DNA of 32,000 nucleotides, from contig NZ_CP053627.1 in NCBI RefSeq assembly GCF_013177435.1, positions 120,001 to 152,000 on the forward strand, given 5' to 3'. The position numbers were made by a program, and so were the translations under genes. How positions within the stretch are numbered: the stretch's first letter is position 1; every line of letters starts with the position of its first letter. The notes below the pieces were generated by a model. It did not search any database, was not told the DNA's origin, and worked only from the letters and a program-made list of their open reading frames with translations. Positions 20,106-28,118 of this stretch are shown one piece after another. Origin of the DNA: Xylella taiwanensis. Lineage in GTDB: Bacteria > Pseudomonadota > Gammaproteobacteria > Xanthomonadales > Xanthomonadaceae.

Positions 20106-21143
20106 ATGGACGAGAACAAGAAACGTGCCCTTTCTGTCGCTTTAAGCCAGATTGAAAAACAGTTCGGCAAGGGATCTGTGATGCGTATGGGGGATCGGGT
20201 GATCGAAGCCGTAGAGGCAATCCCGACGGGTTCACTCATGTTGGATTTGGCCCTGGGTATCGGTGGTCTGCCAAAGGGACGTGTCGTGGAAATCTATGGG
20301 CCAGAATCTTCAGGGAAGACCACATTGACTTTGCAGGCTATCGCTCAGTGTCAGAAGAAGGGCGGGACTGCGGCTTTCATTGATGCTGAGCACGCACTGG
20401 ACCCGATTTATGCGGCCAAGTTAGGTGTGAATGTTGATGATTTGTTGTTGTCTCAGCCGGATACTGGTGAGCAGGCATTGGAAATTGCTGACATGCTGGT
20501 GCGCTCGGGTTCGATCGATGTCATGGTCATCGACTCCGTTGCGGCACTGACGCCAAAGGCAGAGATTGAAGGCGAGATGGGAGACCAGTTGCCCGGTCTT
20601 CAGGCTCGCTTGATGAGCCAGGCACTGCGCAAATTGACAGGCAATATTAAACGTTCCAATACGCTGGTGATTTTCATCAACCAGTTGCGTATGAAGATTG
20701 GAGTCATGATGCCGGGTCAAAGTCCTGAAACCACTACGGGTGGTAATGCGCTGAAGTTCTATGCTTCTGTGCGCTTGGATATTCGCCGCATTGGTGCGAT
20801 CAAGAAGGGCGACGAAATTATCGGTAATCAAACCAAAATCAAGGTCGTCAAGAACAAATTGGCGCCTCCCTTCAAGCAAGTCGTCACTGAGATTTTGTAT
20901 GGTGAGGGCATTAGTCGTGAGGGGGAGTTGATCGATATGGGTGTGGATGCCAAGCTGGTAGAGAAAGCGGGCGCGTGGTACAGCTACGGTGGTGAGCGTA
21001 TTGGCCAAGGGAAAGATAATGCTCGCGGATATTTACGTGAAAATCCGCAGATTGCGGCCAAGCTTGAAGCTGAGCTGCGCGAGAAATTTCAGCCGGCTGA
21101 ACTTTCTCGAGAAGAAGGTGACGAAGAGGCGCTGGAAGGTTGA
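20106..21143 (+). CDS. recA: Recombinase RecA
   Basis: 345 aa counted from ATG 20106 ([30 protein letters not shown]). GAGGA lies about 9 nt upstream. The Walker A motif GPESSGKTT is present. The ORF-track start at 20049 is an extension. Confidence 0.96.
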   Translation: MDENKKRALSVALSQIEKQFGKGSVMRMGDRVIEAVEAIPTGSLMLDLALGIGGLPKGRVVEIYGPESSGKTTLTLQAIAQCQKKGGTAAFIDAEHALDPIYAAKLGVNVDDLLLSQPDTGEQALEIADMLVRSGSIDVMVIDSVAALTPKAEIEGEMGDQLPGLQARLMSQALRKLTGNIKRSNTLVIFINQLRMKIGVMMPGQSPETTTGGNALKFYASVRLDIRRIGAIKKGDEIIGNQTKIKVVKNKLAPPFKQVVTEILYGEGISREGELIDMGVDAKLVEKAGAWYSYGGERIGQGKDNARGYLRENPQIAAKLEAELREKFQPAELSREEGDEEALEG

Positions 21144-21149
21144 AATTCA

Positions 21150-21747
21150 TTATCGCGGATGACAGCAGGATTAGTGTTGCTGTTTCCCGTGGTGATGCGC
21201 TGCTTTAAATACACAATGTGAGTACAGAAAGCGTTACAAACGAATTTGGGTGATGTAGAGAGATGCACGATTCCTACATTCATGTTGTGCCGTGCTTGCA
21301 AGTGCCGCAGTGCCAGGAAGAAAACCCAAATCTGGCAGGTATTGGAATGATTGTCATAGTGTGAATATTCACGTAAGGCATTGGTCCGTAAAATGACCAA
21401 TGCGTGATATCGAGCCTGAAGTGACGGATGAAATGCTGGTCATGCTTGGTCGTGGAAGCTGGTAGGAGGGCATTTCAATTCGCCGAATCGTTGATGCGCA
21501 TCAATGCCACGGTGAGCTACCAACTGTTGTATATCCGCGCCGAACTGCAGGGCATGGATTGCAGGCTGATATCTTTGTTCTTGGGATGGCGTTGTTTGCG
21601 GAAAACTGGTTGCAAAATATCACGGATCTGATCGTGCACCGTGTCGATGATGACGGGGTTGCATATCCGTTATAACGGCGCAAGGTTGGTAATTTTGTTG
21701 GTCTGGTGTGGTTTCCGCATTGTGGCCATTCGCTGTGTTGTTGGTGA
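21150..21747 (+). pseudogene. recX: Decayed recX (RecA regulator) remnant
   Basis: It occupies the recX position between recA and alaS. RecX-like segments are scattered over two frames: DIEPEVTDEMLVMLGRGSW-TAG (frame of 21403); RRAFQFAESLMRINATVSYQLLYIRAELQG (frame of 21428); GHGLQADIFVLGMALFAENWLQNITDLIVHRVDDDGVAYPL-TAA-RRKVGNFVGLVWF (frame of 21403). These compare with the RecX pattern GYGP..IR.EL..KGI...DW...RFL..RGF. The 5' boundary is approximate. Confidence 0.55.
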
Positions 21748-21858
21748 TAACGCTGAGGATTGAGTCTCCAATGCCTGTTACCTTTAACTTGATCTACGTC
21801 CATCCCCCCGCTCCATGAAATTGGCGCGTTTGCGCTACCCGCCTACGGTTACTCTTAG

Positions 21859-24510
21859 ATGAATACACCTAACAAATTCACCACTTCCAAGATTCGTAGC
21901 GATTTTCTCGAATTTTTCAAGGATAAAGGTCACCGGATCGTACCTTCCGCGCCGTTGGTGCCTGGTAACGATCCAACGCTGCTGTTCACTAATTCCGGTA
22001 TGGTCCAGTTCAAGGGCATATTCCTGGGGGCAGAGAAGAGTAAAGATCTCCGCGTCGCTGATGTGCAGTGTTGCTTACGTGCCGGTGGCAAGCACAACGA
22101 TCTAGATTCAGTTGGTTACACCGCACGCCATCACACCTTCTTTGAGATGCTCGGTAATTGGTCGTTTGGTGACTACTTCAAGAAGGAAGCGATCGCTTGG
22201 GCCTGGGAGCTGCTGACCCGTGTCTGGACTCTACCCGCTGAACGTCTACTGGTTACGGTTTACCACACTGACGATGAGTCCTACCTATTGTGGCGTGACA
22301 TGGTGGGTGTGCAGGAAGATCGAATCGTGCGTATTGGCGATAACAAGGGAGCACCGTTTGCCTCGGATAATTTCTGGCAAATGGCCGATACCGGCCCTTG
22401 TGGCCCATGTACAGAGATCTTCTACGACCATGGTGATCACATTCCGGGTGGTCCTCCGGGTTCGTTAGATGAGGATGGAGATCGCTTCATCGAGATATGG
22501 AACTTGGTGTTCATGCAATTTGATCGTCAGTCCGACGGTACTTTGGTACCTCTGCCGGCGCCATGTGTGGATACCGGTATGGGGTTGGAGCGTTTGGCGG
22601 CTATCTTGCAGCATGTGCATACCAACTATGAGATTGATTTGTTTCAGACCCTGATCCTCAAGGCGGCCGAATTGACTGCCGTTGTGGATTTACAGAACAA
22701 GTCGTTGCGCGTGATTGCTGATCATATTCGTGCTTGTGCGTTTTTGATCGTCGATGGTGTCCTTCCCTCCAATGAAGGTCGCGGTTATGTATTGCGTCGG
22801 ATCATCCGCCGTGCGCTGCGTCATGGTTGGATGCTGGGTGTGCGTCAATCGTTCTTCAACAAAATGGTGCCTACCTTGGTTGAAGTGATGGGTGATGCTT
22901 ATCCTAAGCTACAGACTGCGGCCGAATCCGTGGTGCATACGCTGCTGGTTGAGGAGGAACGTTTTGCCGAGACCTTGGATGCTGGTATGAAGATCTTCAA
23001 CGAGGTGGCGGCTAAGGTTGTTAATGGCGTAATCCCGGGCAGCGATGCATTTCGTTTGTACGATACCTATGGTTTTCCTGTCGACCTGACCGCTGATATC
23101 GCGCGTGAACATGGTATGAGTGTGGACATGGCTGGTTTCGAGGCCGCCATGATGCAGCAACGCGAGACTGCGCGTGCGGCAGGTAAGTTTGGGCGTGGCG
23201 TGCAATTGCCAGCTGAACGGGTGGCCACGTTGTCACCGACCGTGTTTCTGGGCTATGACCAGCTCCAGGCCGATGGACTGAAAGTCGTTGCGTTGCTGTC
23301 TGGTGGGCAATTGACGGATTCGGCTTCGGTGGGTGATGAGGTCATTGTGTTGACTGACCGTACCCCCTTTTACGCTGAATCTGGTGGTCAAGTGGGTGAT
23401 ATTGGGATATTGATGGCACCTGACAGTGTCCGTCTGGATGTGACTGATACGCAAAAGTTAATGGGCCAGTTCCACGGCCATGTGGCCCGTATCGTGCAAG
23501 GTGGAGTGAAGGTTGGCGACGTGTTGTCTGCCAGTGTTGATGTTGCTAGCCGAAAAATGGTTGCTCTTAACCACTCAGCGACTCACCTGTTGCACAGCGC
23601 GTTGCGCAGCTTGTTTGGTACCCACGTGGCGCAAAAAGGTTCGTTGGTTGCGCCGGATCGCCTGCGCTTCGACTTTTCGCATTTTGAACCTATTGCGGCT
23701 GCACAGATTGCACGGATTGAACAGATGGTCAACGAAGCAGTGCGTGCTAACCATCTGGTAATGATCGAGCAGATGGACATGCAAGCTGCGCTCGAGTCTG
23801 GTGCTATGGCGCTATTTGGAGAGAAATATGGAGAACGTGTACGCGTGGTAATGATGGGTATTTCGGTCGAGCTCTGCGGTGGTACGCATGTCAATCGTAC
23901 TGGCGACATTGGTTTGTTTAAGATCGTTTCCGAGTGTGGAGTGTCCTCTGGAGTGCGTCGTATCGAGGCGGTAACTGGTGAAACTGCGTTAAATCATGTT
24001 TTAGCTGGGGAGTATCGTCTGTACGAAGTGGCTGGTCTTGTCGGTAGTAACGCGAACGATGTGGTCAATAATATTGGCCAACTAGTGTATCGTCAGAAGA
24101 CATTGGAGCGTGAACTTGAGATGCTCAAAGGCAAGCTCATCTCTGGTGTTATGACCGATCTAGTTAGGACAGCAGTCGATGTGGCCGATGTAAAAGTAGT
24201 TGCTGCACGACTTGATGGTTTGGATGCCAAAGCGCTGCGTGAGGCGCTTGATAGACTCAAATTGCAGCTGAGTGATGCCGTGATCATCCTTGCGGGGTGT
24301 ATTGGTGGCAAGGTGGCTCTGGTTGCTGCTGTCAATGGTAGTGCAATGGGTAAGGTTAAGGCGGAGAAACTACTCTTGCATGTTGCTAGTCAAATCAATG
24401 GCAGGGGAGGGGGACGTTCGGATTTCGCTCAGGGCGGTGGAGAGGATGGACCTTCCCTTAGTTCCGCCCTTGACGGTGTTGCTACCTGGGTCAAGCAGCA
24501 TCTGAACTGA
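21859..24510 (+). CDS. alaS: Alanine--tRNA ligase
   Basis: 883-aa ORF with the class II AlaRS N-terminus (IRSDFLEFFKDKGH..VPS.PLVP.NDPTLLFTNSGMVQFK), the editing-domain HxxxH motif (NHSATHLLHSALR) and CGGTHV. Confidence 0.96.
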   Translation: MNTPNKFTTSKIRSDFLEFFKDKGHRIVPSAPLVPGNDPTLLFTNSGMVQFKGIFLGAEKSKDLRVADVQCCLRAGGKHNDLDSVGYTARHHTFFEMLGNWSFGDYFKKEAIAWAWELLTRVWTLPAERLLVTVYHTDDESYLLWRDMVGVQEDRIVRIGDNKGAPFASDNFWQMADTGPCGPCTEIFYDHGDHIPGGPPGSLDEDGDRFIEIWNLVFMQFDRQSDGTLVPLPAPCVDTGMGLERLAAILQHVHTNYEIDLFQTLILKAAELTAVVDLQNKSLRVIADHIRACAFLIVDGVLPSNEGRGYVLRRIIRRALRHGWMLGVRQSFFNKMVPTLVEVMGDAYPKLQTAAESVVHTLLVEEERFAETLDAGMKIFNEVAAKVVNGVIPGSDAFRLYDTYGFPVDLTADIAREHGMSVDMAGFEAAMMQQRETARAAGKFGRGVQLPAERVATLSPTVFLGYDQLQADGLKVVALLSGGQLTDSASVGDEVIVLTDRTPFYAESGGQVGDIGILMAPDSVRLDVTDTQKLMGQFHGHVARIVQGGVKVGDVLSASVDVASRKMVALNHSATHLLHSALRSLFGTHVAQKGSLVAPDRLRFDFSHFEPIAAAQIARIEQMVNEAVRANHLVMIEQMDMQAALESGAMALFGEKYGERVRVVMMGISVELCGGTHVNRTGDIGLFKIVSECGVSSGVRRIEAVTGETALNHVLAGEYRLYEVAGLVGSNANDVVNNIGQLVYRQKTLERELEMLKGKLISGVMTDLVRTAVDVADVKVVAARLDGLDAKALREALDRLKLQLSDAVIILAGCIGGKVALVAAVNGSAMGKVKAEKLLLHVASQINGRGGGRSDFAQGGGEDGPSLSSALDGVATWVKQHLN

Positions 24511-24649
24511 ACGCTTCTTTCATTGCACCTTGATTGACGGAGGAAGGACCCGTTACCATCCTCTCTAATAATCCAGGTAATGTAGGTCGGTTCAGTTGTG
24601 GACCGTTCATCCTGGCTGATAAGCTTTCAGCCCTTTGGAGATTCTTAAA

Positions 24650-24865
24650 ATGTTGATCCTGACTCGTCGTTCTGGTGAAACGTTGATGATCGGTGATCAA
24701 GTCACCGTGACGGTGCTTGGTGTAAAGGGTAATCAAGTGCGTGTTGGTATCAGTGCGCCAAAGCATGTCGCAGTGCATCGTGAAGAAATTTATAATCGTA
24801 TCCAGCGTGGTGACGAGCTTGAGTGTTCTTCTGGAACGCGGGGAAATAACGGCTCTTCCCTTTAA
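24650..24865 (+). CDS. csrA: Carbon storage regulator CsrA/RsmA
   Basis: 71 aa counted from ATG 24650 ([48 protein letters not shown]). GGAG lies 9 nt upstream. Confidence 0.92.
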   Translation: MLILTRRSGETLMIGDQVTVTVLGVKGNQVRVGISAPKHVAVHREEIYNRIQRGDELECSSGTRGNNGSSL

Positions 24866-24942
24866 TTAAAATGGTGTTTGCGTCGTCTTGGGTTGGCAGG
24901 TATCCTTCACAAGCCTATCCGCCAAAGAGGTGGTTGGTACCC

Positions 24943-25035
24943 GGAGTGATGCCCGAGAGGCCGAAGGGGCTCCCCTGCTAAGGGAGTATAGGGTCAAAAA
25001 CTCTATCGAGGGTTCGAATCCCTCTCACTCCGCCA
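24943..25035 (+). tRNA. tRNA-Ser (anticodon GCT), CCA encoded
   Basis: I folded it by hand. The acceptor stem GGAGTGA pairs with TCACTCC. The anticodon stem-loop is CTCCC-CTGCTAA-GGGAG. It has a long variable arm, the T-arm GGTTCGAATCC, discriminator G and a 3' CCA. Confidence 0.9.
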
Positions 25036-25123
25036 ACTACCGAGAAGTGCTGTGCGCTCAATGCCTTGAGTAGGTTTTTCTGTTCCTTAATATTCAGATG
25101 CCTATTTCAGGGTTTCGTATGCT

Positions 25124-25147
25124 GAGGCTTTTAACGGTGAAAGCCTC
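25124..25147 (+). terminator. Perfect 8-bp hairpin downstream of tRNA-Ser
   Basis: GAGGCTTT (25124-25131) pairs with AAAGCCTC (25140-25147) around an 8-nt loop. The following sequence TTGGCG is not a T-tract, so terminator function is uncertain. Confidence 0.3.
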
Positions 25148-25658
25148 TTGGCGACGTTTGAAGATTTCGTGGATCCCCAAGTTTTGATAAATGGCGCCTT
25201 AAAACGGTTTCTTTGGTGTCGTGGTTGCTTCTTATGCCTGTAATCAGGGTGTTTTTCTGAAGCTACACCTGAGTGGGTGTTTCTACCGTTTTTCAGGTCG
25301 TCGGTGCCTAACGTAATGTCGAAGTGATGTTGTGCTTGAGTCCTGTTTACCTTAGAGATATAGCAGGATAATTGCTACTTTGGACGTGAGCATGGTGTTT
25401 GCGTTACGTGATATGGCACTCATTTAATGTAACTGTAAAAGAATCTCGGCTTGGTCGACATTTTATTGGATATTCCAAATTGCAGATGTTGACTACCCTC
25501 ATAGGGTTTATTTTTGTTATCTATGTTGACAAAGGGAATAGAAAAAATTTGTTTGATTGGCTGAGATAGTAGTTATATCCCTATTAAGGTGTGAAGCCTA
25601 ACTTTGACATGGCCAAAAAATTATTTGACCCACCTTATGCTTGTTTCCTCTTGTTCAA

Positions 25659-25678
25659 GTATTCGTATGTACGAATAC
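25659..25678. repeat. Perfect inverted repeat GTATTCGTA-TG-TACGAATAC
   Basis: The 9-bp arms with a 2-nt spacer were read directly. The heptamer CGAATAC recurs at 25756-25762. Confidence 0.9.
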
Positions 25679-26035
25679 AACTTGCGTTGTAATGACTTGA
25701 GTGTAAATGCGTAATTAAGGGATATGGAGCTTTCTTGCAAGTAGTGAGGAGGTTCCGAATACGAGTGACAGAGTGTTCTTATGCAAGCATAACCAAACAC
25801 GCATTTTTCATCGCCATATTGCCGTTTAACAGATTATTGCGAGTGGTTTTAATGCGTCGACTCCTGACTTGCGCCGATTTCTAATAGACAATGAAAGGCA
25901 CACAGCATGTCCAGTGTGTGTCACGAGTAATCCTCCTATACAGAAAAACGCAGCAGGAATGCTTTTAACGTTTTCTACCAGCAATAGCGAATATGGACGG
26001 CATCTAGAAAAGCCGCATTGAGCGTCTCACCACCT

Positions 26036-28060
26036 TTACTCTGTCATGCCACTGCGCCGCAGCAACGCATCAATCCGAGGGGCGCGTTTGCGGAAGGCGT
26101 GAAAATTCTCTGCTGCGCTGCGACTGCCACCACGGGCCAGGATCTCGTCGAGAAAGCGTGCCCCCATTTCGGCGAATTGATCCGGTACCTCCTCGAACGC
26201 AGCATAAGCGTCTGCGCTGAGTACCTCGGCCCACTTGTAACTGTAATATCCCGCTGCATAACCACCAGCGAAAATATGTTTGAACTGATGCGGGAAACGA
26301 TTCCACGCCGGTGACCGGTTGACCGCCACTTCATCACGGACCCGTTCCAGCAGCCCCAGTACGCTGTCCTGTGTTAGATCGAAGTCACTATGCAGCAGCA
26401 TGTCGAACAGCGCGAACTCAAGTTGGCGCACGGTGAACATCCCGCTCTGGAAATTGCGTGCGGCGACCATCCGGTCGAACAGGTTGCGGGGGAGCGGTGC
26501 CCCGGTTTGCACGTGTGCCGTCATCGCTTGCATGCGTTCCCACTCCCAGCAAAAGTTTTCCATAAACTGGCTGGGCAACTCCACCGCATCCCATTCCACA
26601 CCATTAATACCCGTCACGCCCAGTTCCCCGATCCGGGTTAGCAGCTGATGCAGCCCGTGACCCATTTCGTGAAATAAGGTAATGACCTCCTGATGGCGGA
26701 ATGTGGGGACGACACCATCACTACCACGGCCGAAATTACACACCAAATAGACCACCGGAGTTTGCACGCCTTCGCGTTTGTCACGGCGGTTACGGCAATC
26801 ATCCATCCATGCGCCCCCACGTTTACCCTCGCGTGCATACAGATCCAAATAGAACTGGCCGACGAGTTGCCCGTTCGTATCAATGAGACGGTAGAAGCGA
26901 ACATCTGGATGCCACAGTGGTGCCGAGTCTTCCTCTATCCGCAGTCCATAAAGCGAGTGGATCACCTCAAACAACCCGGCAAGTACCTTTGGTTCGGTGA
27001 AGTACTGCTTCACTTCCTGCTCGGAGAAGCTGTAACGTGCTTGCTTGAGTTTCTCGCTGGCATACGCGATGTCCCACGCTTTCAAGGTTTCCAGCCCCAG
27101 CGTCTCGCGTGCGAACGTTTCTAATTCACTGCGATCACGCTGTGCGTGCGGCTTGGCACGTGCGGCTAAGTCACGCAGGAAACCGAGTACCTCAGCCGGG
27201 TCTTGTGCCATCTTGGTGGCGACCGAATATGCCGCGTAACAGGAGAAACCAAGCAGCGTGGCTAATTCGGCACGCAGTGCAAGCATCTGATTGATATGCG
27301 GGCTATTGTCCAACGCCGCATCACCAAATTCCGAGGCACGTATCGCGCTGGCATGATACAAACGCTCCCGTAACGCGCGGTCGTCAGCATCGCTTTGTAC
27401 TGACAGGTAGCAGGGCATCTGTAGTGTGAATGTCCAGCCTGGTACGCCATTCCTTTCCGCGGCGGCGCGGGCGGCAGAGACTGTCTCGGCGGGCAGGCCG
27501 GACAACACGGTGGCATCTGCGGTGGTGTAGGACCATGCTTCTGTTGCATCGAGCACGTTCTGCGAGAACTTTGCTGACAATGCCGACAGTTCCTCCTTGA
27601 TATCTGCCAGACGTGCTTTCCCGGCGGCGTCCAGCTCGGCACCACCGAGACGGAAATCGCGCAAGGCATTGTCGACAACCTTGCATCGCACGGCGTCATC
27701 ACGGTCCCATTCCGGCGAGCACGTTAATGCCTTGTACTGTGCGTACAGCGCCAAGTTCTGTCCTAGCGCACTGCTGAATCGGGTAACCTTGGGAAGATTG
27801 ACGTTATATGCCTCACGCAGTGCTGGCGTGTTGACTACCGCCTGTAAATGCGCGACTTGACCCCAAGCGCGGTACAACCGCTCGGTGGCATCGTCCAGCG
27901 GTACGACGAAGCTGTCCCAAGTCACCGGCGTCACTTGTTCAGCGTGGGTGACCACCGCCTCAGCCTCCGCAAGCAACTGCTCGATCGCCGGACCAATGTG
28001 CTCAGGGAGGATCGCGTCGAAGCGAGGGATGTCCGAGAAATCGAGTAGTGGATTGCTCAT
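26036..28060 (-). CDS. prlC: Oligopeptidase A (M3 family zinc metallopeptidase)
   Basis: 674 aa counted from ATG 28060 (MSNPLLDFSDIPRFD...). The zinc motif is HEMGHGLH. The M3 family is recognisable over the full length. The ORF-track start at 28159 is an extension. Confidence 0.92.
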   Translation of the reverse strand: MSNPLLDFSDIPRFDAILPEHIGPAIEQLLAEAEAVVTHAEQVTPVTWDSFVVPLDDATERLYRAWGQVAHLQAVVNTPALREAYNVNLPKVTRFSSALGQNLALYAQYKALTCSPEWDRDDAVRCKVVDNALRDFRLGGAELDAAGKARLADIKEELSALSAKFSQNVLDATEAWSYTTADATVLSGLPAETVSAARAAAERNGVPGWTFTLQMPCYLSVQSDADDRALRERLYHASAIRASEFGDAALDNSPHINQMLALRAELATLLGFSCYAAYSVATKMAQDPAEVLGFLRDLAARAKPHAQRDRSELETFARETLGLETLKAWDIAYASEKLKQARYSFSEQEVKQYFTEPKVLAGLFEVIHSLYGLRIEEDSAPLWHPDVRFYRLIDTNGQLVGQFYLDLYAREGKRGGAWMDDCRNRRDKREGVQTPVVYLVCNFGRGSDGVVPTFRHQEVITLFHEMGHGLHQLLTRIGELGVTGINGVEWDAVELPSQFMENFCWEWERMQAMTAHVQTGAPLPRNLFDRMVAARNFQSGMFTVRQLEFALFDMLLHSDFDLTQDSVLGLLERVRDEVAVNRSPAWNRFPHQFKHIFAGGYAAGYYSYKWAEVLSADAYAAFEEVPDQFAEMGARFLDEILARGGSRSAAENFHAFRKRAPRIDALLRRSGMTE

Positions 28061-28118
28061 GTGTGTCTTCGGCATGCCGCCAGATTCGTAAATACCTACC
28101 GAATTATGGCGTATGGCG

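Noticed and set aside
20421-21008. 195-aa ORF on the minus strand
   Set aside because: It is antisense to recA, so it is a shadow ORF with no motif support.
25747-25770. GGTTCCGAAT resembling the tRNA-Ser T-arm (GGTTCGAATCC), considered as a direct-repeat attR for an island
   Set aside because: The similarity covers only about 9 nt and has an indel. The acceptor-stem portion is not repeated, so it is insufficient to call an att site.
26693-27124. 143-aa plus-strand ORF and several other 60-110 aa ORFs between 26018 and 28376
   Set aside because: All overlap prlC or the PLP-enzyme gene on the opposite strand or in alternative frames, and none has independent support.
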